Source: Marsupella aquatica (taxonomy: Eukaryota; Plantae; Marchantiophyta). From it: 64,000 nucleotides of DNA. Each line of letters begins with the position of its first letter. Positions within the stretch are counted from its first letter, which is position 1. Positions 36,702-48,514 of the stretch are shown here, one piece after another. The notes under the pieces were generated by a model. The model saw nothing but the letters and a program-made list of their open reading frames with translations, searched no databases and was not told where the DNA came from. Position numbers and translations under genes: made by a program. Where the stretch lies: contig OZ316892.1 of assembly GCA_973895155.1 (NCBI GenBank), positions 26,435,233 through 26,499,232 of the forward strand, read 5' to 3'.

Positions 36702-39700
36702 ATGGGTGAAGCTTCACCCAAATCAATCTTTGACCTGTGGTACAAGCTTCAAGCAGTGTTTTGCTCTGCTGCAAGTTCCAGTTGCCCACTGGTTCTACCC
36801 AACCTTCTTGAGGTATCTAAGAAACCAGCCGTTCAAATAAATAAATCGTCTGATCACCCTTGTCATGCATACTGAAAGACCTTCGTAGATGCTATGTTTG
36901 AGTTGTGTAATTTTTAATTGTTCAGTAGAAAGGTGAGAGATCTGTCGTCCATACAATTCCAATCAACTGTCATCGCATGCCCTACAGCTCCATGAAATGG
37001 TGTACGAAGTCTACAGGCCCCCTTTGAAAGAGAAGCCAGAAATTGAAATTGTTCTTTTCCATGGTCTTAAGTTGAAAGATTGTGAAGAGGCACACATCAC
37101 TACGTGGATGTCGGGCGACAACTCTGAGATGTGGCCAAGGACATGGTTGGCGGAAACATTCCCCAAAGCTCGCATCATAACAATTTGCTATGATTCTGCT
37201 GCAAAAAAGACGAACGGGGTTGAACAGCTAGACATGTTTTTGACGAGGGAAAATCTGTTGTCTGCACTTACAAGTGATTCTGTAAGGGTAGGCGAAGCTC
37301 AGTGTCCAATAGTGCTGGTGGGCCATTGCCTCGGAGGTCTTCTACTCAAGGAACTATGTTTGCACGCCAACCAGGTGTTGAGTGAAAAAAGGGGAGGAAT
37401 TCCAGGAATGCAACGCATTCATGATTTTTTTGGGAACTTGAGAGGCATGTTCTTTTATGGAACACCTCATCTTGGATCGCTTCTTGGTGATGAACTCGAT
37501 GACTGTTTCGATGGTTCACTTCTAGCTGAAATAGAGGTCCTCAATGCCTGGAGCGCAAGGAAGAATGCAAGCTTTAGTGACTTGAAGGCCCGCTACAAAT
37601 GGATTAGTTATGGAATGGGCGAGGCACACAAAAGCTTCGTGGTACTTCCAACACCATAGCTTTGTCCTACTGAGGGTGCTCATGCCTGGCTCTTGATAGT
37701 TTTTTGGCTTTGTTGAATGTTTCAGTGTATCATTTTTTAAGATGTTTTCTAACCAGGAAGTTGCACAATCTTGCCTAAGTTTAAGCTGATAGTGTTGGTT
37801 AATGGGGTCGAAATGTCTGCAAAAGACATTTTCTTGATTCGATATTTATGAAGTCTAGTTTGAAGTACTTTTATTTCCATTTTATGTTGATTACCTAGCC
37901 TTCATCACTTATACTCTCTACTAAAGAAATTACTTGTCATGTAGGATTGCCTCGGAAAATATATCCAGGTTGTCCCTGAAGCATCAAGTAGGGTAGACAT
38001 GGATGCCTATTATTCTGTTCAAGCAAATCATTTTAACTTATGCAAGCCAGCGAAGAAGCAAGATAGTGCCTTCTCATTTCTCGTCGATTTCCTCCTCAAG
38101 GTATCCATCCTATCTTTGGTCCTACACGATATAATGTACAGTTGGTGTGTTGGTCAGGCCTGGCAAGTGTGGGAGTGTGCAATAGAACAGGAAATTCCAA
38201 ATTCTAGGTTAGAAATTGTCTATTGCAAACTCCTAGAGCATTGTCTAGAGCATTGTGGCGAACACTCCTGCTGTGACATACTTTAACCTCAGGGAAATTT
38301 GCGGAGTTCTCAGCCTTATGGATTGAAAAATTCCATCTCCAAGGAGAGTCACAGACACTCGTGTTTTAAGATCATATTTCTAGACAAACATTGAGTTTTA
38401 CAGTCTCTCTATTTGCTGTGCTTCTAACATTGAAATCATGGGAAACTCTAGATTCATGGAGAGCATATACTTCGATCAGGGGTCGAGGCTGATGATATGA
38501 GCGGCCGAGGGTATGTTGTTGACCATCAGGGTCGTGCAAACAAAGTCGAAAGCATGTTGCTGAAGCCCAATGCTTATACCGCTTTCATTGTTGGGCTGCC
38601 TGGCATCGGGAAGACCACATTAGCACAGCAGGTCTTCCACGACATCTCTCATTCTTTCGCAATCAGATGCTTCATAGATCTGGACAATTTCAAAGAACCT
38701 TCGAAGAGCCGCAAGGAGGTTTTGAAGAAGATTGAGAGCGCATTAAAACAACAAGTCAAAGAATGGAGTTATGAGTACTTGACTGTGCCTCGTTATTTGA
38801 AGGGCAAGAAAGCGTTGATCGTTCTTGACAATGTGCAGTCACAGGTCCAGCTAGATGCTTTGAGTGGAGAAATCTGGCTGGAGGGGAGCAACAGTAGGCT
38901 AGTTGTGACCACAACCAATTCTGGCCTTGGCTCCCAGTCAAACACTTACAAGGTCGAGTTCTTGGGAGACCAAGAATCGCGAGAATTGTTTTGTCATTAT
39001 GCATTTCAAAACAGGGCCAGACCGGAGTGTCTCGCAAATCGTCTTGAACAAGTAATACAGAGATGCGGAAATTTCCCGTTGTCTCTCAAAATCCTGGGTA
39101 GTTATTTGAGTGCAAAGGACGTGGATGACCAAGACATGTGGAGAGATCTTCTTGTGAAGCTGCAAAATGCGGAAGAAGTTGCTAGCGGTCCTGATTACGG
39201 ACTGTGGGCAAGGTTAAGGCCCTGCTACTATGCTCTTGCGCCTTCAGAGCAAGAAATGTTTTTGGATGTTTCAGTTGTGTTTAGTGGTTATCCGTTGAAC
39301 TTGGTGAAGTGCGTGTGGAGCGCATGTCGGCAGTGTCCAACCATAGGGTGGAGGAATTTGGAGCGAGGATTTTTGGTCAGTGAGCGTCCAACCATAGGGT
39401 GGAGGAATTTGGAGCGAGGATTTTTGGTCAGTGAGCATGGAGGGAGAATTTGGATGCACGAATTGTTGAGAAATCTAGGTCGAAGTATTGCATGTCCTCA
39501 AACATCTCCAAATAGCTGTGTTGACAAGTGGAGACGAATTTCTAGCGGATGCTTGGAGAGGGATTTTATTACCAAGTATCAGGTAATTTTACCATTCAGA
39601 TTATTCATATTGCTCAAACTCGGCATTCTCCAATGTTTAGAAAGTGTCCGCTCAACAATATATTAGCATTCGAAGATTTTTTCAATCAACTCAGTGTAAT

Positions 39701-41934
39701 TGAGAAGATCGACCATGACTTGCTGTTACTTGATGATGCAGGGGTTTATGGAGTCACTTTCGTTGGAGCTTCAAGCGCACGACAACGCAAGGTTGACCTT
39801 GAGAAACACGACACTAGCACAATATGTGAAGCTTGAATACTTGATCCTGGATGGTGTCGAGATGACTGAAGGAAGAGTGGAACTCCCCGGGTCCTTGGTC
39901 TATTTGAAATGGAAGGGTGCATTATTTGAGACTTGCCCCGTGGATTTCAACGGCTTGGGAAATTTGGTCGTCCTTGATCTACAATTCTGCAAAGCCATGA
40001 CAAGTCTTCCTCCGAGTGTGGTGATAGCAAAGAAGCTGAAGTGGTTGGAGTTGAAAGGTTGCCAATCCCTCACAAAGCTGCCCGAAGGTCTGTATGAGTT
40101 TAGTGATCTCGAGTACTTGGGCCTGAGGATGACTGGCGTGAAAAAGCTATCCAGAAAGATTGGGCAGTTGAAGAAGCTGAGGTGGTTTCGAGCTGACCAG
40201 ACACGTTTGGCACGAGTTCCTGACTCGGTAGGTCGCCTTGGGATGTTACAGACTCTCAATATCAGCAGCACGACTGTGACAGTCCTACCAGAGTCCATTG
40301 GTGCTCTCAAGCTCTTGACAACTCTAGATGCCAGCCACACCTTGTTGAGCTTCTTGCCAGAGTCAATTGGTGATCTCGAGCTCTTGACAACTATAAATGC
40401 GAGAAGCACATTCTTGAGCGCTTTGCCGGAGAGGATAGGTTGTCTCCGAAACTTGCAATACTTGGCGCTGGATAAGACCCGTATGGAGAGTCTGCCGGAA
40501 TCATTGGGGAATGTCGTTGGATTGCGGGAATTGACCTTGAGTTCCACTCCCTTAGAATCACTACCGGATTCCATTTGTTTGCTCCGCTCTGTCAAAACCC
40601 TAGATTTGGCTGACACACGGATAAGCACACTTCCGGATGCATTTGGAGAGCTTGAGAGCTTGAGGCGGTTGTACCTAAGCGGGTCAAGGGTGAGGTCGTT
40701 GCCGGAGACATTCAGCAAGCTCTCCCAGCTGAATGATCTTCAGTTGTCAGTCTCTACAAGTTTGAATGATGGCACACATCCATCAGGCTCAGGGACACAC
40801 TCCACAATTTCGCGTAGCCGCCAAGATTTCTGGTGTGCGGCGAACTTTTTCCCACCAGCAATGAGCTGCGCTGGTTCGTCCAGGGGCATTACATTTCCGT
40901 TCTATAGAGTCTGTGGCGTGGAGATAGATGTTAAAAATTTCAGCGAATCTACAATTCCAACTCTTTTTAATGCATTGAAAGAAATGACCTCCCTTCGAAA
41001 CTTGATTCTGGAGGGGTTCAATGAGGTAGAGGCATTCCCTTCTGAATTAGGAACGCTAACTGGTTTAGAATCACTCACAATCAAATCTTGTGAGAGACTA
41101 CGGGAGTTGCCTGATTCGTTCAGCTTGCTCAAGGAGCTGGGTCACCTAGAGTTAAATAACCTGCCGAGGCTGCGCAGACTCCCGGAGGTACTAAACTGCG
41201 CCAGGTGGTTCAATGAGTTGACTGTAGTTAATTGTGGAAGCGTGCAGACCATGCCCAGGTGTTTTGGGCACAAGTCCCCTTTGGACAGAGATTCCTCCCC
41301 AGCATGTTCCGACGAAAGTGGGAACTCCGACTCCAACCCCACTGTGTCTAAAATTGTTACTAACTCGTGGAGACTCCTGCGATGCTGCCTAGAATGTCGT
41401 ACGGATCAAAGCTACAGCTTCGACATTAGGTTCAGGATTAAGTGTGAGGAGATGAAGACTGCGATGAAGGGAGCAGTGAAATTGAAAGGGGATTGGCAGG
41501 CGGAATTCAAGTTGGCCACGACAGAGTTGAGGAAGCTGTGTTTGGAATGCCAAGCGGGAGATGACGGCCTGCATGGAAGCTTCAGACCCTCCACAATCTG
41601 GGCCCCTTTGAACCACGAGTCAAAATCTAAGATGTCTTTAGAGTGCATGGGAGACCATGCTTCGGATGTCGCAAAGTATCCTTCCCTAACACGTTGTACG
41701 ATCCACAGATCGCGAGTGAGAGTGCTGGACATGGACGAAGAAGACAGTGAAGGCAAAGATGACAGTAACATAGAGGATTCAGACGAAGACACAGAGGACA
41801 GTGAAGACGATTCAGATAACATTGAGGAGGCCCAAGACATAGAGGACCAGGATAGCAAGCAAGGTGACGATGAGGAGATCTTGGCAAAGCCCAGGAAATT
41901 GAATGATTGGTCAAATGCAGGAAATTTGACATAG
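36702..41934 (+). CDS. HNL immune receptor (alpha/beta-hydrolase-NB-ARC-LRR), copy 2, complete
   Basis: Predicted exons 36702-36812, 36988-37641, 37945-38100, 38452-39582, 39742-41934. All introns are GT-AG and phase 0, with the reading frame preserved. Same domain motifs as copy 1. Confidence 0.92.
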
Positions 41935-42671
41935 CGATGGTTGGTACAGGTCCGAGGCTTCTCCTTCCTTTAAGTCCATCCTCGTGTGAGCAGACACTGC
42001 CCTCAGCACCACTCTTCTATTGGCAATGACTAGTCTAGCCACATTGCTTGACTCAAATTCGGCTATATAACTTGAGAAATATTCAAGGGCAGGTCCATTA
42101 TTCCCGCCATATTGTCGTATGACATGATTCCTGCTTTACTATTCCCCTAAATCAAATATTAAAAGACCTTGGAGGGGGTCACTCTTGCAACGTTGAGATT
42201 GTAGCTGAAATGATTTGTGTTGTTGTTATTCCTTTGTGAGGCACTTGCCATTCTCTCTCTGCTAGAATGGCAATACACTGTAGTCGTGCCATGTTATAGA
42301 GTACAGATCCTGCTGCTAGGGTTGGATGGATTTCTGGAAGAAGATCTAATCTTTGTTGCTCTAGAAATTTGTAACTGAGACATTGGTAATGAGCAGAAGA
42401 AGAAAAGCACCACTATTCTGCTAGAATGATGGCAAGTTCTATGACAAATAATGGCGGTCTGTAACAAATTCAAAACAATTTTTTCTCTCTCAAGTCTTGA
42501 GACTGAAACAAATCAAATATTTTTCCCCATTTTCTGGGCCTTGTTTGGTGGCCATGTTGAGATGTCGTGGTAACTAATATCAGGTCGATTGATGTAAGGT
42601 CAACTAATGGACATGACTAATAACTGATAGGATGGTTGATCTTGGAAAGAGCAACCTCTGAACATTTGAAG

Positions 42672-42878
42672 CCTTGGGCCCTTGTCCAAGTAAAATTAGT
42701 GAAGTCAACCCCCTAGGGATCGTGACCCGGTTGTTTTTACCCCTTGTTATTTTTGTTTTTCTATAAAAAGTTGTCTTGTAATTGATAATATTAATAATTA
42801 TTAGTTCAAAATGAGTAAAAACCAACCTTCAAACGTTTGCACGTACTCCACATATTATTTAAGACTGAGGACCCAGGG
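42672..42878. mobile_element. Paralogous copy of the 208-bp MITE (inserted before the segment duplication)
   Basis: Same sequence and flanks as 26963-27170; TSD has decayed to ATTTGAAG / GTTTGAAA. Confidence 0.8.
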
Positions 42879-43544
42879 GTTTGAAAGACTTGCCAAAGGC
42901 CAAAGCTAGAATTGCAGTGACAGGTTTGCAAGAGGCAGAAAATGATGTGCACGCTGATCAATTGGTCCTTGGCGGGATGGTAGTCTTTTTCTTCTCTTTT
43001 TGAACTGAGGGATAGCCAACACTTTTATGAGGGGAATGTTGAATCCAGCCAATGCATTTACTATATACACCCCCAATTAAAACAAGTTGAGCACAAATGA
43101 TTTTGGGTTGTAACACATGATCCTCAAAGTGGGGTGATTTTAGTGATTTGGGATGAGAATATAGTAAAATACCCCATGGATAAAACGTCCACACGGAACT
43201 TCTTGAGCAAGCAACTTGGTGCCCTCATCATTTCCAGCGACAACTCCCATACAAAGTCACACTTGCTCCTTAACACGATCATTGCTCAACAACCCTCATT
43301 ATCTACACAAGCAGCCCAACACATTGGCAAGAAACCCATCATGATCTAGGATCTCCAAGACCATACTGACTTAAGCTCAATAGTTGTTAGTAAATAGCTA
43401 GGTCAATGAAATGAACCTCACGGGCCCTTGTGGCCTTGCCATAAACCAAAGCCAGGGCCGGCACCACTATTTGTCTAGAATAGCCCCTCTACCGAGTGTC
43501 GCCTGAGCTTCCCCACTTTCTATCTATCGTTGGCTGACCTCCCT

Positions 43545-45140
43545 CTAGGGGGGTTGACTATCAAAAATCTTAGGAATCACGTGCAACCCAAAATAGTCAT
43601 TTTTGATAGAAATTAGCTAAATGTTTACAAAGCGTAGGAAGCAAAAGAAGGTATTATAAACTCATATTTGTAGACTATTCTCTAACATATCCCTTTTATA
43701 AGAACTTAAAGCCTGGATGGATCTGCACTTTGTCCATGAAGCCCTCATGGATAAACCAAACCTGCATGGACTTGACTGAGACGTAAAAATATGCCTGAAT
43801 AATGTTTTTTACACTTCTGTCCCAACAGCACACTGTAAGCAACCAAATCATCACCTCTGTCCCAGCATTTTCCTTGTCAGTAAACTATGTCACCATTTTT
43901 GTCTTAAAGATACATTGACAAAGGCCAAAGCACTTTAATTGAAGGCTGCTCTTCATTCTTCCAACTCTTTCCCCTCCACACAGTTATTCTAACCATTTTT
44001 TTAGAGTTTAATAAAAAAGATAAAATGTAAAGCACATTTAGGTACTTATGTAATACCTTATCTAACCTTCATGTGAGATGACATTTTGAGTAGATTGAGT
44101 GCTTCACATTTTACTCATACCGCCTCAAGTAATTTGCTCAATGGTAAAAACCAACTGAATCTAATTTACTCAAAAATATATTTTTATGTTTATAAGGCAG
44201 GCAAAAAGGGACTACAGTAACACAATGACTCATGAACCAAGGAAACAATTCCCACCAGGGAGGTTAGGGGGTCAAATCTAAAGCCCAGATAAACTCAATT
44301 TTTCATAAAATGAATTACATTTGTTCTATCTATTTTTTTGAGATTCTAGTGCATTGATAGTTTATGGAATGACTATACGACTTCCAAAAATATTTTTAGA
44401 TGATGTTGTTTTTTTAGAGCATTGCTCTTGTTACCGGAATTATAGTAATTTTTTCATTGTGGAGCCAAGTATATTCCAATTTGCATAAGCATTGTTGTGG
44501 AAATGCTATTTTAGAGACCATTGTTCTTGTTATAAATAGTGTTTTTATTAATTTATTGCTATAGAGCTACTTGAGAATTTTGTGGGGGAGTTGATGAATT
44601 CAATTTTTCAGATGGCGCTACTGAAATTTCTCAGAGAACAACTACAAGTAATTTTTTGGAAACAAAGCTACCAGAAATCATATTTTTCATATAGCGCTGC
44701 TCTTGTTACAAGGAGCGCTTCGAGTATTTTGCCGTTGCAGAGCTACGGAAGATTTTAAATGTGCATGTTCACTCTATCCCATTTACATTTTCAATTTGGC
44801 TTTGAGGTGAACACATAACGTTTTTAGATTGACATAAATGTAGATGAACAATTAATGAGAGAATTTTATCATCCATTTGCAGTTGAATTATCTCATGATT
44901 AGGTGTAAAATAGTATGTCCCCTGTCACAGTCCATGGGGATAACCGGGGCAAATGTGCCAGTCCATCCAGGCTTTTGTTTCCTTTTATAAAGTAAAACAA
45001 GTAATTAATATTGAAAATAAAGAATTTTTTGGAATATTCCCATTATAAAATAGGTGTGTTTATATTAGGCTAGGATTGCACGTGTTACCCCAAAATATAC
45101 ACCAAGTTAACCCCAATATACACTATGTTAACCCCCTGAG
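43545..45140. mobile_element. MITE with 8-bp TSD (~0.3 kb plus nested insertion)
   Basis: Termini CTAGGGGGGTTGAC / GTTAACCCCCTGAG; exact TSD ACCTCCCT at 43537-43544 and 45141-45148; empty site near 29030. Confidence 0.8.
43702..44980. mobile_element. Second copy of the 10-bp-TSD element, opposite orientation, nested in a MITE
   Basis: Reverse-complement similarity to 27239-28416; TSD CCTTTTATAA at 43692-43701 and 44981-44990. Confidence 0.8.
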
Positions 45141-45430
45141 ACCTCCCTACCTCCTGGACATGCTCATGGCCCTCAGCCTTGACTCCAACCCAATTGCGTG
45201 GACATGCAATTAATTTCATATGTTCATATTTTTCTAGTTAGGCGTCCGTAAGTACTGAAGTGCCTTAGCCCGTTGTGATCAGGCCAACCCGATGCTCATG
45301 CCTAGGCTCTCAAATCAAGGGTCTCGGTTGACTACACCTGCGTGATGCCATATCTTATGCGTCAAATGTCCGTTTTGCATGAAGTAAACTTCTTTGGCCT
45401 TGGGCCCAAGAGGAGCTATCACTTAGGCCC

Positions 45431-45956
45431 CCCTGGGGAATCACTTGTTGGATTCTTAGAACCACGTGCGAACAAATGATGGCTATTTAAAATCTTGCCC
45501 AATTAATAATTATAATCATAAATTTGTAATGAAGGAGATTAATTAACTCATTATCTCATATTAATTTTATTTCTATGCAAGGGTATTACCACATAGTGTA
45601 TGCCACGCGTCACCAACAGATTGATCCACGTGTCACTTGCTTAGTGTAGGTTGACCATGTACTAGTAGTCTAATTTTTTGCAACGATATTAGTTGTTCAG
45701 CAGGAACTATGCATGTGCACTTGATCATGTCTTAGTACTGTATATGCAATACTTTATAAAGACACAAAGGGTTTTACAATGAGTTTCCAAAGTACTTTTA
45801 AATGACTCAAGGGTGTTTTTAATATATTGAATTTTGTTTATTATATTTTTCTAGAGTCTTTTAAATTCGCCATACAAAAATTAATAAGGGGTTTGTAACA
45901 TGTAAGTGTTCACACTCAGGGATAGTAGGAGTTTTAGCCTAAGTGATTCCCCAGGG
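45431..45956. mobile_element. Independent insertion of the same ~520-bp MITE, opposite orientation
   Basis: Perfect 16-bp TIR CCCTGGGGAATCACTT; TSD TTAGGCCC / TCAGGCCC; empty site TCAAGCCC at 29331-29338. Confidence 0.88.
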
Positions 45957-48514
45957 TCAGGCCCTCAAAACGCAAAGTCAGTCCAGGGGTTTGGACATGA
46001 CCCAACCAGTCCCAGCGCAATGCTAGTCTAAGTCTTTCATGTGCGTCACCAATTTAGCGCAATCACTTTGCCTTTGCTAGTGCAACGCTTCATGTCCACT
46101 AGTCTCCCCATATTTAGTCCCCACTAGATGGCCATTCCGGAGGCTTGGACCATAGAGAGCTCAATGTCGAAGTTAGCCACGCCGAAGCTAAGTGGTAGGG
46201 TAGTCAAGTTCCGCAACTAGAGTGAATTTTCAAGTGTGAGCACAAGTTTGTGTGCCTCTTAGGTATACCCCCTCCCATGCATGGTATGTGGGTGCCTGGA
46301 ACTCAAACACCTAGCTAGTACAATTATGAAAGTAAATAAGTTATACCTGGAGTTATACTAGAGGCATAACCTAACACATGTGAAGCTGGATGTGAAGACA
46401 ACATCCATGTTTCAAAAAGGTCCACTTTGGTTGCATCCACCTTTGCCCCCATCTAAACCCATAGAAAATAGCAAGTCTGTGCCCGAGTCTATGAAACTAA
46501 GGATGCTTTGTCCCTTAATTTCCTGGGTTTGTCTTGATGTCTATTTTTTGTCTCACCGTTTCTGGTCCTTACATGTAAAAGGCCCCGGTGTATTATGACA
46601 GCGGGGAGCAACACATGTTGTGCTCTGCTGCCCCCGCTCCTCCCAAGTGGATGCTCGTTCTTCTTGTTCTCTTCTGTTTGAATTCGAACTGGTTTCTCCT
46701 TGTTTGCTGTGCTCTCACTGAGGATGTACTTATGTCCTAGGTGACTTTCAGGGAGGCCAGAGAGCCATATTCATTACACGATATGCAACATTCACTTGGA
46801 CTCATGACTCAATGCTTATTGTCTTGTGTGTATGCATTTTGTACTCTGAGTTCTTGATTAGGTGTGGAGATTTTTCACGTTGTCTGCTGCTTATTTAGTT
46901 TTACACTCCCGATCACAAAGTCCCATGTGCAAGTCCTTATACCTGCAATTCACCAAGTCCTAGAATTCAAAAACCAACTGAAGAAATAATTCATTGTCTT
47001 CACAAGAAAACATTGAGCAATTGTAGGTTGCATTGTGTGGAAGGCTCTGCATTGCTTTGTACTATGCTATTGCCATGTGCTAGATGGTAGGCTGAAATAG
47101 TGAACTCCACAATCAGGCACTGCAGAATAATTCCACATGAAATTTGTGAACTTCACAGGAAGGCAACACAAGGCACTTAGCCTTTCTAATTGCACATCAA
47201 AATATGACAATAGAAGCATACAATGTCACTCCATACCATGAAAACCCCATTTATTGTCTTTACATCACTTATTCGTTCTACATTCTATATTGTCGCATTT
47301 TGATGTCCAATTACAAGAATGCACAAGGCACCACACAAGAACTTGACTTGAGTAATTTAATACGAGGGTGCAAACTGTGACAAGATGAACATGGAAAAAG
47401 TTGGGGTCCATGAGGACAAGTTTTCCACAAGGGTGTCGATCAAGCAATGCTTTTCTTCAAGCGAGAGAAGTACGTCCACTCTGACTCGGGCTGATGTTTG
47501 ACCCTGGCTGATGTTGTACAGCTTCAGGACAGGTTGCGACTTGAAGAAAGCATAGATCTGGAGGGGGCTCGTTGGGCTGTTGGGGTTTGGCCCGAGCTGA
47601 AAACCTCCTGTAATTGGCCGTAGAAAGCTTCCTTGTCGTGCCGATATTTTTGTCATGAGGAAGCTAAGATCCGACTCCCTAGTGAACCATTCAATTGTGA
47701 GGTGATGTAATCTTCCGGTCCAATTCCGCAAGGTTTCGACTGGAAAGCTATACTGATTGAACCAAATTGTTCTTAAAGTCGACTGATTCCCCATATTCAA
47801 TACTTGGAAAACCAATAGCATACGATTGAGTCGAAAATCTACTAGTCCCAAACTGTGCGCGCAGGCGAATTCGGTTCCGATCGTTCCTCCCTTGTAGAGT
47901 ACTAAGTTGAGTTGCCATGCGAAATTTCTTTGCACATTCTTTTCAAGGCCCTGGGGACTCGACAGCGCTCTGAGGGGAAGATTTCGAACTCACTCTGCCG
48001 AGCTGGATTGGGCTGGCTTGATCTGGCTGCAATGATGATTTCCAGCATATCTCTTCAATGGACCAGGCATCGTAGCCTACCAGGTTGCCAGAAGTGCCGG
48101 AAGCTTCAAATTTGGATTGTTGCGAGTGTTTCGCCAAACCGCGACACATGCTCATGAATTGAAATTGAATCTGGTCCTGTATCCCTGCGGGAATAACAGA
48201 CTTTTCCAGAATTGCAGTCTGAAGGTCTGAGTGGAACCAAGGAAAGAACATTCTTGGTGCAGGTAAGCTCTGCTTGAAGAATTGAGGGGAGAGTTCGTTG
48301 TTTGAAGCATAGAGCTTATTCTTTTCACGGAGCCATCAGGACATGCCTTGGGGATGTATAGTCGTCCCAGTCAATTTTTAGCAACAGAATATCTCTGCTC
48401 CTGCTATCCCACTTGTTGATAAATGTTGTTTTCAGCTTTGAATCCAGGTTTGCATTCGCCATTTGCTGGGACACATTTTGTTAGTCCGCTCATGATTGCT
48501 TGCAAGTGACAACC

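Larger units (their letters stand above)
42466..48514. repeat. Duplicated upstream segment of copy 3 (paralog of ~26756-36701 upstream of copy 2)
   Basis: Colinear, highly similar blocks that differ mainly by transposon insertions. Confidence 0.9.

Noticed and set aside
36702-36722. N-myristoylation signal at MGEASP
   Set aside because: Acidic residue at position 3 and Pro at position 6 do not fit MGxxxS/T.
39900-40718. Long antisense ORFs over LRR exons (also 2830-3666, 51666-52382, 63047-63952)
   Set aside because: Shadows of Leu/Ser-rich sense coding sequence; their lengths differ between paralogs and they show no domain motifs.
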